A DNA stretch of 64,000 bases from Hemiscyllium ocellatum. Taxonomy: Eukaryota. Where the stretch lies: positions 34,100,001 to 34,164,000 of the forward strand of contig NC_083422.1 of the NCBI RefSeq assembly GCF_020745735.1, written 5' to 3'. The notes beneath the pieces were generated by a model that worked only from the letters and a program-made list of their open reading frames with translations, was not told the origin of the DNA and ran no database searches. This document shows positions 52,630 through 64,000 of this stretch, in pieces. Both the position numbers and the translations under genes were made by a program. Position 1 is the stretch's first letter. Each line of letters opens with the position of its first letter.

Positions 52630-55600
52630 TATACTAACTCCTTTGGAAAGGGGAGGATGCATATTAATGTCAAGTGTGCACATATTGCTCAAGTCTTTGT
52701 AAGATTTAGCTTTTTAAGTTAGATTTGTCTAGCAGTACTGTATAATAATTTTCTACCAAGAATTGGTGTTGTGTCTACTTAATTTAAATAAACTATTTTG
52801 ATTCTTGAATTAGAAGTACAATTTCAAATATTGAGTAAGAGGTTGAGGTTTGTAGTTTTGTGAAAAAATGAAAATATAGAAAGATATGAATAAATTTTAA
52901 TGGGTGTGTTATTAACAAATGTGCTTTAAAGATAAGTGCAAGAGGAATCTAGTGATGCAGATATACAAATTAACTTTTATGGCTTTGTATATTCAATCAA
53001 ATGCTGGGGTTCACTTCTAGAGGGGTAGAATTGAAAAGATACTTTGCATAAACTTGTACACAACTTTTGGTGTATTGTAAATTGTTCTGGTCTTAATATA
53101 AAAAGGAAATAGAGATACTGCAGAAAGTGCAAAAGAGAACTTAGTACAGTGATACTGAACTGAAGTTACATCAATCAGGAAAAATCCAAAGGGCTGGGCC
53201 TTTCTATTGAAAAGTGAAGAGTTGAGTAGTCGCCTACTAGTGGTCTTATTGTGAACTATCCAATAGGGTAGGCAAAGAAGATAGTTCCAAGTGCAAAACC
53301 AAATTTATAAATCATAAATGCAAAATAGACATTGGATGTATTAAAACAAACTCAAAATAAAATTGTTTACACAGAAAATGGTTAGATTGTGGGACTTGCT
53401 TGCGCAGAGGTAATATAATTACATAGATGTAATAAAATAGGAGCTAGCTAAGTGCATGCAAAGAAAGGAGTATAAGAAAATGTTAATTGGGTTAAATGAG
53501 GAAGGGTGTGGAACATATTCATATGAGTCTGTTTTGCCAGCAGCTTGTTATCTCTGCTGGTATTGTTTGTATGCATAACATTATTTATCAGCTGAACTTG
53601 CCATTGGAGTAAACTGGTCTCAGCAAAATCAGCACTATTGTTATTTATATTACTGTAGTTTAAACTGAAACAGTACCACTAATTATAAGTGCAACTACTG
53701 AACTATTTTCTCATTACATGCGTTCCTCCCATTTCATGTGTTCCTCCAAAATAAATTACATTTTCATATGTGCGTTTAAAATGTTAAAAGTTGTAAGAAC
53801 TTAAAATTATAGGATGGAGTTTGTCATGTGCAGCAATTATAGGTACCTTCTGATCAGAATCTATAATAGTTGCTCTCTGAATACAAAACTGGCAACACTT
53901 TTGAGGTTGTAGTGCAGTTTTATATTCCCTGTAACCTTAATGCTTTGAAATTTAAAAATCTAATGGAGTCATCTTGTTTGGGTCAGGCTTGAACTGGAAT
54001 CACCTGTTCGTCCTTTCTATGCATGTACCAAACAACAATTTGCAGTTTGTGCCCTTTATGATGGAGAAACATCCTAGGATGTTTCAAAATCTGCATGTAA
54101 GTAAATAAACTTCAGGTCAAGAAGGGTAGGATGACAAGCATTGAAAGAAGTCTTGGCCTGAAGTAAAATTCTGTTGATCCTAGTCAAAGATAAATAGTGC
54201 AGTATTGAAAATCTGAAATGAAAAGAGAAAATGCTGGAGAGACTCAGCATCTGTAGAGTTATGAAAAGTATCGTTGTACCCCATGTAAAATCTGCCTGAC
54301 CTGCTATCATCCACAGAACGTCAGACTATCCCATTGTTAACCATCTTGAGAGGTTACAAAATTGGAGGTGACAGCATAAATGAGATTGACTAAAGCTAAC
54401 TGTGGATGTAATAAACAAAGATTTTAAGTTTTTTAATTTGGAGGTGATGAACCATTGCAAGTTATGGATGGGATGATAAGTTTTGGAAATGTTGATTATA
54501 GATGAATAATGGAAGAAGAGCAAGAACAGTGTTTAAATATGGGTAGAAAAAGTATGCAAAGGAGTTACTGGTCTTGATGTATGGAGATAAAGAGTTCATG
54601 ATGGATGAATGACATTTCTAAACCTTAGTCTGGGTCAGATGAGACATCATGGTTACAAGTTGACTGGTTTAGATTGAGAATAGCAGAAATGGATGGAGTT
54701 GGTGTCAAGAGAGTAAAGCTTGTGACAGATTCTTAAACTGTTGTCCTTAACTTGGACTAAAGTGGGCTATGCTTCATTCAGGACTTGCTGCCAGACAAAG
54801 GCCATTTAGGAGTTCAGATAAATATTGAATAATGATGCTGAAGTCAAATGGGGGAGATCTCAAATAGAGAAGGTAGAGATGCAATTGTTCAGCACGTACT
54901 GAATGTGTTCAGAAAATGGGAATTAAATTTGTACAAGGCAATTCCATCAAACTGGATGATGGGAGGCAATGGAGGTCAATGTTGGAGTCAGCTACAGTAT
55001 TAAGAGCTTTGGAAACTATGAAGAAGGGTTTGGAAATTGAGAATTCCAGACTGCTAAGGAATCAAATCTATTGATAGCATGAAGATCAGGGAGAGGTGTT
55101 ATCTTGATGTGTGGTGATTGGAGAGTGGAAAGAGGAGAATTAGTTAAGAGGTGGGCAAGTATTATATAGTAGATACAGGTTATTCTGCTATAGTGTGTGT
55201 TTCATCAACAAATTTGCTGTAACACAATTGACGAATTGGGATACTGTTTCTAAAGCAAGAAGTTTTAAAGCATATAATGGTGGTGCTATTAGACAATTTT
55301 GTTGTAACAAGGGATTGCGCAAGATCAAAACTACTGCATTATAGCAGAACTGTACATTTATTAAATCTCAACAAAATATGCTGAATGACAGAAGATCATC
55401 ATGTTGTTTTAGGGCTGGGCTGGGTTAGATTGGGGTGAGGAAAGAGCTGGTGGTTGATGAGCACAAGTCATGTACTTCATAAGGGAAATATCAGTCTTGT
55501 GAATGTCTCAAGTCAGCCTGAGACAAGTTGCTCACCAGCCCTAAAATAGAGGATTTGTAAATACTATTAGCATAATTATTAGGTTTTTCTTCATGAGGAA

Positions 55601-56824
55601 CGTTGCTTTTAAAGGTTTTTTTTTCAAAATTTGAACCACTTTAATGCAAACTTCAAATTTATTTTCTGGTGTTAGCTACAAAATAGAAAATTCTGTCTGC
55701 TTAATGGTGAGCTGGAAGAAATGGATATACAAGGATAAAACCTAGGTCGTGGAGTTTTGAGAATTTAAGTTGATGTGAGATTTAATGTGGTTTTGACAAT
55801 GGAGTAGAAGGTTGAAGTATGCAAAAATCCTAGTTTATTCCTTCAAACTAAATTAGAAAAATACATTAAGTTACAACATGGAAATTGGTTCTTCAGCAAT
55901 CTGTCCAGTGTAATGTTTAATGTTGACAGTTTTGCCTCAACCATTTAGTTCTGAAAGTAAATTCAGAAATGAAGTGCTTTTTTTTTAAATTTATGGCCTC
56001 AATTCATATACAACTACTAGAAAAGGCTGTTCCTTTATCTACCCTGTGGTATTATTTACTACCATGTATCCTTACAAAAGCCTTAATACTCTAACTGAAA
56101 TTTAAGATTTTACGTAGGTGCCTCTACACTTAATTATCACGTGGTTTTGTATATAAAGTGGTTCTGCTGTTAACGTTATTACCATTGCATGTTAAATTGG
56201 AAAAAATATGTTTGGATTCATAGTTAATGAGAACCTTTAAAAGCAGGAGGATATTAAAAAATCTATTTAATATATTGCACCAGAAGATCTTGTCAATGAG
56301 GGGACTGTATGTTGTTGCTAAACATTCTGTGGTTCTGTCTTTGCTGTCAGGAGTGAGTTTGCAGAACCTAGCTGGTATATACAACCATTTTGCTGACAAA
56401 TTAGTGGTAATGTGAAATTTCTTGTTTGCAAGATGCACTTAAATGTCTGATATATTGCAAAATTATATAATTTCCCACTCTTATATACATTTGTGGACTT
56501 GACTGAATTTTAAAGTAGAAACTTGTGGAATCAACATTTTTCTCCAAGATAACCTCCAATATGGTTAGCCAAAAGAAAAACCTAATTGCATGAGAAAGGA
56601 CAAAAATGAATTTTTTTTACGTGTTTGACTTGACGTATTAAACTCACAGCAAAATAATTTAAGAGTTGGTTAAAATAACCTGTTTCAGTGGTACCAACCC
56701 TGAGACATGGACACCTTAATAGGAGATGAATCACTAACTAAGTAAGCCGGCAATAAATTGTAGACTGATACATGGTGGTATTACAGCAGAATTGAATACA
56801 GACATCCACGTGCTTTCTGCATTT

Positions 56825-57040
56825 ATACAGCATGGAAACAGACCCTGTGGTCCAACCAATCCATGTCGACCGTAATTCCAAACTGAACTAATCTCACCTG
56901 CCTCTACTTGGTCTACGCAGAAATATTTCTGTTAGGTGACGGGGTAAATGCAGGGGAATGGGTCTGGGTGGGTTGCTTTTCAGAGGGTGTGTGGACTTGT
57001 TGGACCAAAGGGCCTGCTTCCACACTAAGTAATCTAATTA
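56825..57040. mobile_element. CR1 tail fragment (minus) abutting an HE1-like SINE tail (plus)
   Basis: atacagcatggaaacagaccc..., then ggggaatgggtctgggtggg...ccacactaagtaatctaat. Confidence 0.7.
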
Positions 57041-58289
57041 CTGGTTGTCTTAAGACTTCCTTTTAATGTTCTATAAGATGAGAGGCCTCTAGTGTATTGG
57101 TATTGTCCACATCTCTGGGCCAGAAGACTCAGTTTCAAGTCACACTTGCTCCAGCACTGTCATAACACAGCTGAACAGATGTTTTTTTTAAAAAATAACA
57201 TGCTTTGTTAGACTGTATTACCTATATTTCAAGTAAATTGGACCAAGAAAATATTTAGGTGACAAAAGTGACTACTTCCATTTATCGAACAGGCAAGGAT
57301 TTCTTCAAATACATATTTCTACTAAATGCAGTTGTAATGGTGTTGGCAAACGATCATTTCTTTGTATCAGCAGGAGGCAAATTAAACATTTGAATAGTTT
57401 GCTATAAATGTTGTGGTTTTTGACTAAGAATGAGTGTCTTAGGATGAAAGTACATTTATTTTATCAGGTATACTTGTTGGAATTTCCATTAGAAATCCAG
57501 TGTCCACATGGATTCCTTGTCTGTTTTTCTTGATATTATCACAATGCAATTGCATATTAAAACCACTGGATGGCTCTTTGGAATAAATCTTTCATTAGGT
57601 TTCCAGCTCTCGATTTTAAGGTTTCTCTTGTAATCAGTTACTTTCCCTTTATTTATCTATCTTTAAACTCCAATATTCAACTTTAGAAACAGGTTGCCTT
57701 GAAGATCTATTCTAATATTTGTACTCCATTTGTTTCTCTCATCCATTTCATGAACCCCAGTCTCATGTTAGCATTCCTATCTATGAACCAGGATTCTTGG
57801 GTTCAAGTCCCACCTGTTCCAAAGATGTGTAGTATCATCTCTGAAACAGGTTGATTACAAAATACCCCAGATAGTTTATTTCCAATGCCTGGGCTAGAGG
57901 GAAGGTGTTTGACGCTAAATGTTCCTTGGCTTTGAGAATAATTCTTAGAATGTCATCTTTTAATTGCTGGAATGTCCTTAACTTTTAAAAATTTGTTCAA
58001 ATCCTACACACTTGTTTTCCAAAATGTTTTACACCGGCCCCAAGGAGACAACAGCACCTAAAGTTTTCTCACAAAGGTGTAAAGTTGTCTTTACTCTCAA
58101 CAAATCTTTTGCCCTCTTTGACAACGCTAAGATCATAGGTCTGGTTCTGTCGTCACACCAGAACCATATCGAGGAGTAGTGTATTAATATAAAACCGATT
58201 GCACAGGGGTCAGGTCCTTCGTTCGGTACTTCACCCTTCCTGGTGATACAAAGGTTCTCTCTGCTGTTTGACAAATGAGGATGTCAGTC

Positions 58290-59100
58290 ATTGCCATGAT
58301 TGCTGTCTTCTGTTAGCGCTGTGGTTTCTAGGGTGACAGTTTCCGTGGGGACTCGTTAAGCTGTCGCACCGATTCCTCCCTCCCGAACTCTGACCCCCCT
58401 CCCCCCCCCTGGCTTTTGTTCGGTTGCTCGCTTCAATCTTCCAGCAAGGATTCGGCGGAAAAGAAAATAATTTAAATTAGAAATCCGTTAAATTAGCTGG
58501 CAGCCCCTGTCGACGACAATGCCGTTGGTCGCGTGCAAAAGATCGTCTCCCCTCCGCCAGCCCGATTGGGATGCTACTCTGGTGAAACGGCGTTTCCAGG
58601 GCAGACGTTAATTAGAGGGTAAGTGAACAAATACAATGTTTAAAATGCTGGTAGGTAGGTCGGATGCAGCGTTAGTGTTCTTTTAAGGACGAAGGAGCTG
58701 TATGTTATATACAGTTAGGGAGTCCGGGTCGATCGATTGACGCGACGACCTAACGCTCCCCGGACATATCTGTCTCCAGCTCCTTGAATTATCTGACGTC
58801 TGTCTGTACTAACCCCCATCCCTTTCGGGAGACAGTTTTAATATCCCACATCCCCTCCCCCATTTCCAGATCCACAACACGGCCTGAGCGGCGCAGCCTA
58901 ACCTGCTGATGGACTGTCCGTGATTGACATCGGGGTTGGCTCAATGGGAACCGGCGGCCGTTGTGACTGACCAATCGGCTCGAGCAGGCCAGGCAGCGGT
59001 GCCGCCCCTCCATCAGCAAGGTCCCTTGAGAAGTGAATGGGAACAAGGTGGGAGTGCGTGTCAATCACCGACTTATCAGGGTGTCCAGAGTCCAGTCGCT
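58290..59100. promoter_or_regulatory. Second CpG island, putative promoter of an unidentified transcript
   Basis: Local CpG enrichment; X-box-like GTTTCTAGGGTGAC (58324-58337); CCAAT motifs (58565 minus, 58971 plus); donor GAGG|gtaagt at 58619. Confidence 0.6.
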
Positions 59101-60169
59101 CTCCCTCCACATAAAACCAATTACAAATGGAATTGTAATTATGGAACATCTTGGAAATAAGTTTATTCTTCAAAGGATAAGCTACCATTGATGATCACCT
59201 TGAGTTCAGGGTTATTTTCTTATAATGTTGAAACTATTATAGCATGACGTGATTCGCAATTGCCCTAATGAATAGTTTAGAATCCCATGCCACCCTTTGA
59301 GTACAATAGAGGTTCATTAGGTTTGTGGTTTCAAGGGACTGTCTAATGAAAATTGATTAAATAGACTCTTGTATTTAAAAGGAGGGACGATCTCAATGAA
59401 GCATACAAAATTTCTAAGGGACAAGACAGGGTAGGCGCTGATGGGATGTTTTCTCCTTTTGGGGTGCACTCTCACAATAAGGGATTGGTCATTTAGGATT
59501 GCGACCAGAAGACACCTCTTCATTGAATCTTGGATCTTTGGAAGTTTCCACGTCAGTGAACTTTGCATGCTGAGTCAGTGCTTATCTTCAAAAGTAACCA
59601 ATAGACTTATGAACATTGGGATGTCAAGCTCATGCAGGAAAGTGGAATTGTGGTGGAAGATTAGCCATGATCATGTTGAATGGCAGGGCAGGTTCAAGAG
59701 GCCAAAAGATCCATGTCTGTACCATTTCTTATGTTCTTATATCCTGTGGTTGGTTGCACTGTGGCTGTAAAGAAACATCTTAGCAAACAATACAGAATGA
59801 AATATTCCAGTATACATTAAAATATGTGGTATTTGTGTGTATGCACACAGTATGAAATAAATATAATACATACAGATTCTGCCCTTAACATTTCCCATCT
59901 GTGTGTTGAGCAGCAACACGCAATATTTGTTTGCCACTATTTATCAACAGATTTTCCTCTAAACACATCTGTTACATGGGAATTTTTGAACAGTGTAAAA
60001 AAGAGGAAATTATGAAAGAAGTGATTTGCACCAATAATTACTGCTCCATATTGTTCCCCCCAAGACATATGTTCCACTGTTGTTCCAGGTGAAGACATGT
60101 TTGTTTTCCCATTGAAATCAAAGCTTTGCTTTCTCATTGAAATCAATGGCAATCACCATTTAAGTTCAT

Positions 60170-63100
60170 TTTGACACTTCTGCCACTTGCACAAAAATGA
60201 TGTGGTGTTCCCATGTATCTGCTGCTATTGTTCTTCTAGATTGAAGTGTTCATTGGTTTGGGAGATGCTGTCTAAGAATCTTTGGATTTCTGTAGTGCAT
60301 CTTATAGGCAGTATACATAGCTGCTACTGTGGATCGTGATGGAGGGAGTGGATGTACTACCAGTCAAGCAGGATGTTTTTCCTTGGATGGTGTCATGCTT
60401 CTTGAGTGCTGTTGGAGCTACAGCCATCCAGGCAAGTGACTTGTGCCTTGTAGATAGTCAAAAGACACTGGGGAGTCAGGAGATGAGTTACTCGCCACAG
60501 TATACCTAGCCTCTGAGCTAATCATTACTACTGTGTTTATGTGACAGGTCCAGTTGAGTTTCTGGCCAGTAGTAACCCCAAGTATTTTGATAGTCAAGGG
60601 ACAGTGATTAAACTGTCTCTTATTGGAGATGATCATTGCCTGGCATTTGTGTGGCACAAATGTTGCTTGCCATTTTTCAGCTACAGCCTAGATATTGTCC
60701 AGATTTTGTTGCATTTGAACTTGGACTGGTTCAATACCTGGGGAGTCACAAATGGTACTGAACACTATGGAATATCAGGAAGTGTCCCCACCTCTGACTT
60801 TATGATGGAGCGAAGATCATAGATGAAGTTGGTTGGGCCGAGGACACGACTGAGGACCCGCAGAGATGTCCAGGAGCTGAGGAGACTGAACTCCAACAAT
60901 CACAAGCATTTTTCTATTTGCCTTGTATGACTCCAACCAGCAGAGAGTTTTCCCACGCATACCCATTGATTCCAGTTCTGCTAGGGCTCCATGATGCTGC
61001 ACTCGGTCAAAGAGTTATAAAGCATGGAAATAGACCCTTCAGTCCAAATCACCTGCACGAACTATATATCGTAAACTGATCTAGTCCCATTTGCCATAAT
61101 TTGGCCCACATCCCTCTCAATCTTTCCTATTCACATATCCATCCAGATGCCCTCCAGGTTTGGACTCCTCTACCCTGTGAAAAAGACCTTGACTATTCAG
61201 CCTATTCATGCTCCTCATGATTTTGTAAACCTCCATAAGGTCACCCGTCAGCCTATTCCACTTTTCCCTATAGCTCAAACTCTCCAATTTGGCAACATCC
61301 TTGTAAATATTTTCTGAACCCTCTCAAGTTTAATAATTCCTTTCCTGTAGCAGGGAGACCAGAACTGAATACAGTATTGTAAAAGTGACCTCACCAATGT
61401 CTTTTACAAGTGCACCTTGCAAAGGCTATGAGCCTTGACACCATTCCAGCAATAGTACCGAATTTGCCACTTCCCTAACCAATCCTGTACCCAGTGCACC
61501 GACTAATGAAGGCAAGTGTGCCAAATGCCTTCTTCACCACCCTGTCTACCTGTGACCCCATTTTCAAGGAACTATGCACCTTCACATCTAGGTCTTTTTG
61601 TTTCGCAACACTCCCCAGGGCCCCACTATTGTATAAGCCTTACCAAACTGCAACACCTTACGTTTATCAAAATTAAATGTCATCTGCCACTCCTCGGCCT
61701 ATTTGCCCATCTGATCAAGGTCCTGTTGTACTCTGAGATTACTTTCTTCATTGTCCATCACACCACCAATTTTGGTGACATCTGCAAACTTACTAACCAT
61801 ACCTCCTATATTCACATTCAAATCATTTATATAAATGATGAAAAGTAGTGGACCCAAATCCTTGCAGCACATCACTGGTCACAAGCCTGCAGTAAAAATC
61901 AACCCTCTACTACTGTCCTTTGTCTCTCACCTTCAAGCCAATTTTGTATCAAAATTGGTACCCAAACTGGGTGTCAGTGAGCAGGTGCTGCTTAATAGTA
62001 CTGTTGATTACACTTTCCATCACTTCACTAATGATTAAAAGTAGACTGACGGGACGATAATTGGTTGGGCTGGATTTGTCCTGCTTTTTGTGGATGGAAC
62101 ATACTTGGGCAATTTTCCATATTACTGGGTAGATAGCAGTCTTGTAATTATACTGGAACTGCTTGGTTAAGAAAACAGCAAGTTCTGTACTATTACTGGA
62201 ATGTTGTCAGGCTCATGGCCTTTGCAGAATCCAGTGCCACCAACTGTTTCTTGATATCAAATGGGGTGAATTGAATTGGCTGAAGACTGGTATCTGTAAT
62301 GCTGTGGACCACTAGAAGAGGTCAAAATGGATCATCCACTTGGCACTTCTAGCTGAAGATTGCTGCAAATACTTCAACCTTTGCACTTAAGAGTTTGCTC
62401 TTCTGTCATTGAATTTGGGGATCTTTGTGGAACCTTATCCTCCAGTGAATTGTGTATTTGTCCACCACCATTTACGACTGGATATGGCAGCACTGTATAG
62501 CTTAGATCTGATTCATTGGTTGTAGGATTGCTTAGCTCTGTATATCACTTGCTGCTTGTGCTGTTTGGCATGCAGTAGTCCTGTTTGATAGCTTCACCTG
62601 GTTGGCATGTCATTTTCAGGTATGCCTAGTGCTGCTACTGGCATGCCCTCCTGCGTTGTCCATTGACCCATTGATGGTAATGGTTAAGTGGGAAATATGC
62701 TGGGCCATGAGGTTGCAGGTTGTGTTGGAGTACAATTCTGCTGCTGTTGACGGAGTACAGCACCTCATCAATGTCCAGTCTTGAGTTGCTAGATTTGTCT
62801 GAAGTTTGTCCATTTAGCACAGTTAGTACCACACAGAATGCTGGAGGGTATTCTCAATGTGAAGACAGGCCTTTGTCTTGACAAAGACTGTACAATGGTC
62901 ACTCCTAGTGATGCATCTGCAACTGGCAGATTGGTAAGGATGAGGTCAAGTATGTTTTTCCCTCTTGTTGGTTCGGAGTCAATATTAAGTACTCTGAGGG
63001 CAATTCCTTCCCGACAGTATACCACTGAGCCAGCACCTCATGCGCAAGTCTGCCCTGCTGGTGGGACAGGACATATTCAGGGATGTTGATGGTAGCATCT

Positions 63101-63300
63101 GAGACATTGTCTATTAGGTATGATTCCACAAGTATGAGTATGTCTGTCTGGTGCTTGACTAGTCTGTGAGACAGTTCTCCCAGTTTTGACAGTAGACCCC
63201 AGAAGTTAGTAATGAACACTTTGCAAGGTTGTCAGGGCTGTTTGTGCTAGTGTCGCTTCTGAAGCTTAGGTTGTTGCTGCATAGTCCATAAGGTTTCATC
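60170..63300 (-). mobile_element. Second-family LINE (endonuclease plus RT remnants) with a CR1 fragment nested at ~61015-61960
   Basis: ORF-track peptides PHKCQAMIIS, LESMGMRGKTLCWLESY, EPTRGKNILDLILTNLP, GLLSKLGELSHRLVKHQ.DILILVESY. Confidence 0.8.
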
Positions 63301-63620
63301 TCATCCTTGAGACTTTGTAGAGATTGACAAAAATTGAGTGGCTTGCTAGGTCATTTCAGAGGGCAGTTGGGAGTCAACCACATTTCTGTGGGTCTGGTTA
63401 CATGTAGCCAGAAACAATGAGGATGGCAGATTTGCTTCCCTAAGCCAGATGGAATTTTCCTGACAATTGACAATGGTTTCATGGACTTCAATAGAATTTT
63501 AATTCCCAATATATTTTATTCCACCACCTGCCACAGCAGGATTCGAACCTGGGTCTCCAGAGCATGAGCTAAGTTTCTGAATTAATAGACTAGCAATAAT
63601 ACCACTAGGCCATCATCTTC
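63300..63620 (-). mobile_element. tRNA-headed SINE, second family
   Basis: ggattcgaacctgg B-box and ataccactaggccatc A-box on the minus strand. Confidence 0.65.
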
Positions 63621-63738
63621 CTTTCTTCCCTGATTTTAGATTCATCAGCCAAGGCAAATATCTGCATACACCCTATTACACCCCTTATTAAGAATGTTTT
63701 GAGTTTCACCCTCATTCTTTGAAATTCTAGGGAGTATA

Positions 63739-64000
63739 CTGTATATACTCAAGTAAATCTTGATCCCATGTAAAGGTCAAAGCACTGTTCTTGGCCAAAA
63801 AATCTTGAATTTTCCATATATCTCGTGTAAAGTCGACCCTAGTTCTTCACACAATTCATACTGACATTAGGTTTCGGATTTCTTAAGTTCATTATTGAGC
63901 AAACACTATAATTAGTATTCACTTTTTGTACGGCTGTTCTGCTCTGCTCTAGCGCTCTGTTCTGCTAGCCGTCCCACTGTTCCGGAGCTCTGTTCTGCCA
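63739..64000. mobile_element. Left end of a Tc1/mariner-superfamily DNA transposon (runs off the window)
   Basis: TA followed by ctgtatatactcaagtaaa, with internal repeats (gtaaagtcgaccc) typical of CCGTATATACTCG-type termini. Confidence 0.5.

Noticed and set aside
58029-58274. 81-aa ORF, 8-bp hairpin (58142-58166) and a gctaagatca match to U2 snRNA
   Set aside because: No known protein similarity; the U2 match does not extend; a single hairpin is insufficient to call an ncRNA

Overview
AT-rich, repeat-dense vertebrate genomic DNA. The repeat content (HE1/V-SINE-like, CR1, Deu-domain SINE and Penelope-derived elements) points to a shark; this is inference. Two protein-coding genes sit head-to-head around a CpG island at ~35.7-36.9 kb. 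ACADSB is on the minus strand (coding exons 1-4 at 35695-35721, 23868-24036, 18021-18121 and 11723-11929; later exons lie left of the window). A complete IKZF5/Pegasus is on the plus strand (42158-42290, 45009-45191, 50101-51029; 414 aa). The rest is mostly transposon-derived: a CR1 LINE carrying a nested solo LTR, SINEs and a 5'-truncated L1-clade LINE with a target-site duplication, TA-flanked Tc1/mariner-type MITEs, a Harbinger Myb-like relic, and short Penelope-type terminal repeats. One of these repeats (42966-43003, minus strand) keeps an intact-looking minimal type I hammerhead ribozyme core. A second CpG island at ~58.3-59.1 kb, with RFX X-box and CCAAT motifs and splice signals, has no gene I can assign. 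All repeat-family names are from recognition, not database searches, and repeat boundaries are approximate.
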